Of a DNA stretch of 64,000 nt, positions 62,531 to 64,000 are shown in pieces (position 1 is the stretch's first letter; the number at the start of each line of letters is the position of its first letter). The notes under the pieces are model-generated. The model made no database searches, was not told the origin of the DNA, and saw only the letters and a list, made by a program, of their open reading frames with translations. The translations under genes and the position numbers were made by a program. This stretch comes from Hemiscyllium ocellatum (lineage: Eukaryota): NCBI RefSeq assembly GCF_020745735.1, contig NW_026867509.1, positions 2,208,537 through 2,272,536 on the forward strand, in the 5' to 3' direction.

Positions 62531-64000
62531 TTATCCCGCTTGATTCCTTGTTTAAGACTTGGTTTACAGCAAACCGAAGTCTCATAAAAACAAATTAAAT
62601 AAGCAAACATTCTTTCTAGTTTCACATGCATTCCTGAAGCTGGAAAAATGGGAACTTGATTAGTTAGATGAATGCACATATGAAATGAACTGAAAATAAA
62701 TAGCAAGTCGATCATTCCTGACAACGATTCTTCAAATATACTTCTCCATCTTGACTTACACCCAGATCTCTTGTACCTGAGATTCGCTGAGTAATCTTTC
62801 TGATTTTCTGGAGGGACAAGTGTATTTTGTTGAACTTTTCGAATTTGGGATTGAATTTCTGGCTGGTACAAAGCTCAGTGAACCTTCTCCTGTCACCTAA
62901 GCAACAGAAGGAGCAACACCGATCACAGATAACTCCGAGAATGGAGTCCAGACGGTCGGCACTCTTCATTCATTTAAGCACCTGTTCGCCATATTGATTG
63001 TCACCCTCTATTGACCTGTTAGATCAGAGATGCCCGAGGTGCAGTGAAACAACCGACCTAGGGCCAGGTGTCATTCATTCTTTTGCCTGTGGAAACCAGG
63101 ACCTGACTCAAATATTCTGCTCTCAACTCGGACACTGTTACAGAATCCGTTCCTTCTCAAATATTTGCTTTAGTTACTTTGGTAATATCAATAAATCGAT
63201 CGTTCAGCAACATAAACCAGAGCAAGATGGAATGCAGAGTCACTTACCAGCTGTGACAGTCACGGCCATTCCTGATCCATCTACTTAATCAGAATGACAC
63301 AATCATGCTCCTCTCAGCCACCAATACACAAGAACCAGTGGTACCTCAAACGATCGAAAAATCATTAACACGGTGCTTGAGCAAACTAATTTTTCATGAG
63401 ATTTGGATAAATTGGCAATATTCTCTGTGGTCAAGTTCCCTTTGTCTCAGGTCATCTGATCTTCTGTCAAATGGCGCTGGAATACAGAAGGTGGATGTTC
63501 ACATCATATCAGATGAGAAGAATCGAAAAAAGAAATATGTGCTTGCGAGGGAGTGTTAAGGTATCGGCCGACATTACAGCGAAGTGAACTTCAAGCTGAC
63601 AATTGATGTTGGTGCTGGAGAATTTATATTTTAATTGTGTGGAGGTATTTGTTCGGGCTCCTTTCACTGTGCTTTCTTCCAAATTGGCACAGTGCTATAA
63701 TTCTGTGTAAAACTTCCCAAGACAAGTTGAGATTTGGGACATTACAGCTGAACTGAAATTCCCAATTCCAGTTGTTAGAACAGGATATCCACTCACGTCA
63801 GTATCCTTTAACTGTGATCAGTCATTCGTAACTTCCATTCACCGACACTAGTCTTGACAGAGGTATTACCATTCGAACACACTTGGCGTCTGTTTTACAA
63901 TGATCCATACTTTGGGGCATAAGCTGCGAGGCAGCAATGTGGGAATTTCTGGATAAATTGCCTCCGTTTTCAATTTCGTTCTGCAATAATCTCCAGTGAG

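Noticed and set aside
62760-63040. EGQV...WYKAQ...TLY* V-like traces on the plus strand
   Set aside because: The traces are in different frames with no RSS; insufficient evidence.
1-64000. Prokaryotic features (operons, CRISPR array, rRNA), TCR constant exons, D segments
   Set aside because: Spliced genes, SINE/LINE content and low ORF density show vertebrate DNA. No regularly spaced repeat-spacer array, C-domain exon or 12/23-flanked D segment was found.

Overview
Eukaryotic, AT-rich, repeat-dense DNA from a cartilaginous fish. The assignment to a shark rests on HE1-type SINEs, CR1/HER1-type LINEs, Penelope-like elements and GPR139-like GPCR paralogs. The window is part of the V-segment array of a T-cell receptor locus, most likely TCR alpha/delta. 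I find 5 V segments with open frames and recognisable 22/23-bp-spacer RSSs. Two look fully canonical in the domain (23161+, 42152-), one has Trp41>Arg (25986+), one has a stop at the very 3' coding end (35352-), and one lacks both cysteines and an obvious leader (34555-). About 8 further V pseudogenes or relics are present. V segments lie on both strands. No C exon, convincing D segment or J cluster is seen. Two GPR139-like GPCR paralogs sit among the V segments in opposite orientations; one is decayed and one is intact except for a single stop. The rest is mostly retroelement. This includes a decayed Gypsy LTR element with integrase upstream of RT (Gmr1-like), CR1 LINEs and SINEs, and Penelope-like elements (PLEs). 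One PLE is a young 2.3-kb head-to-head palindrome with a target-site duplication and a hammerhead-ribozyme motif near each end. The most notable observations are: (i) a V family with leader and V fused in one exon and a CTCF-like site ~270 bp upstream; (ii) a tandem V pair in which the downstream, cysteine-less, apparently leaderless V could borrow the upstream leader in frame; (iii) the PLE palindrome and ~90-bp PLE mini-insertions that begin at the hammerhead core; (iv) GPCR genes interleaved with V segments. Most ORFs in the supplied track are spurious or transposon fragments. Coordinates were counted by hand; repeat boundaries are approximate.
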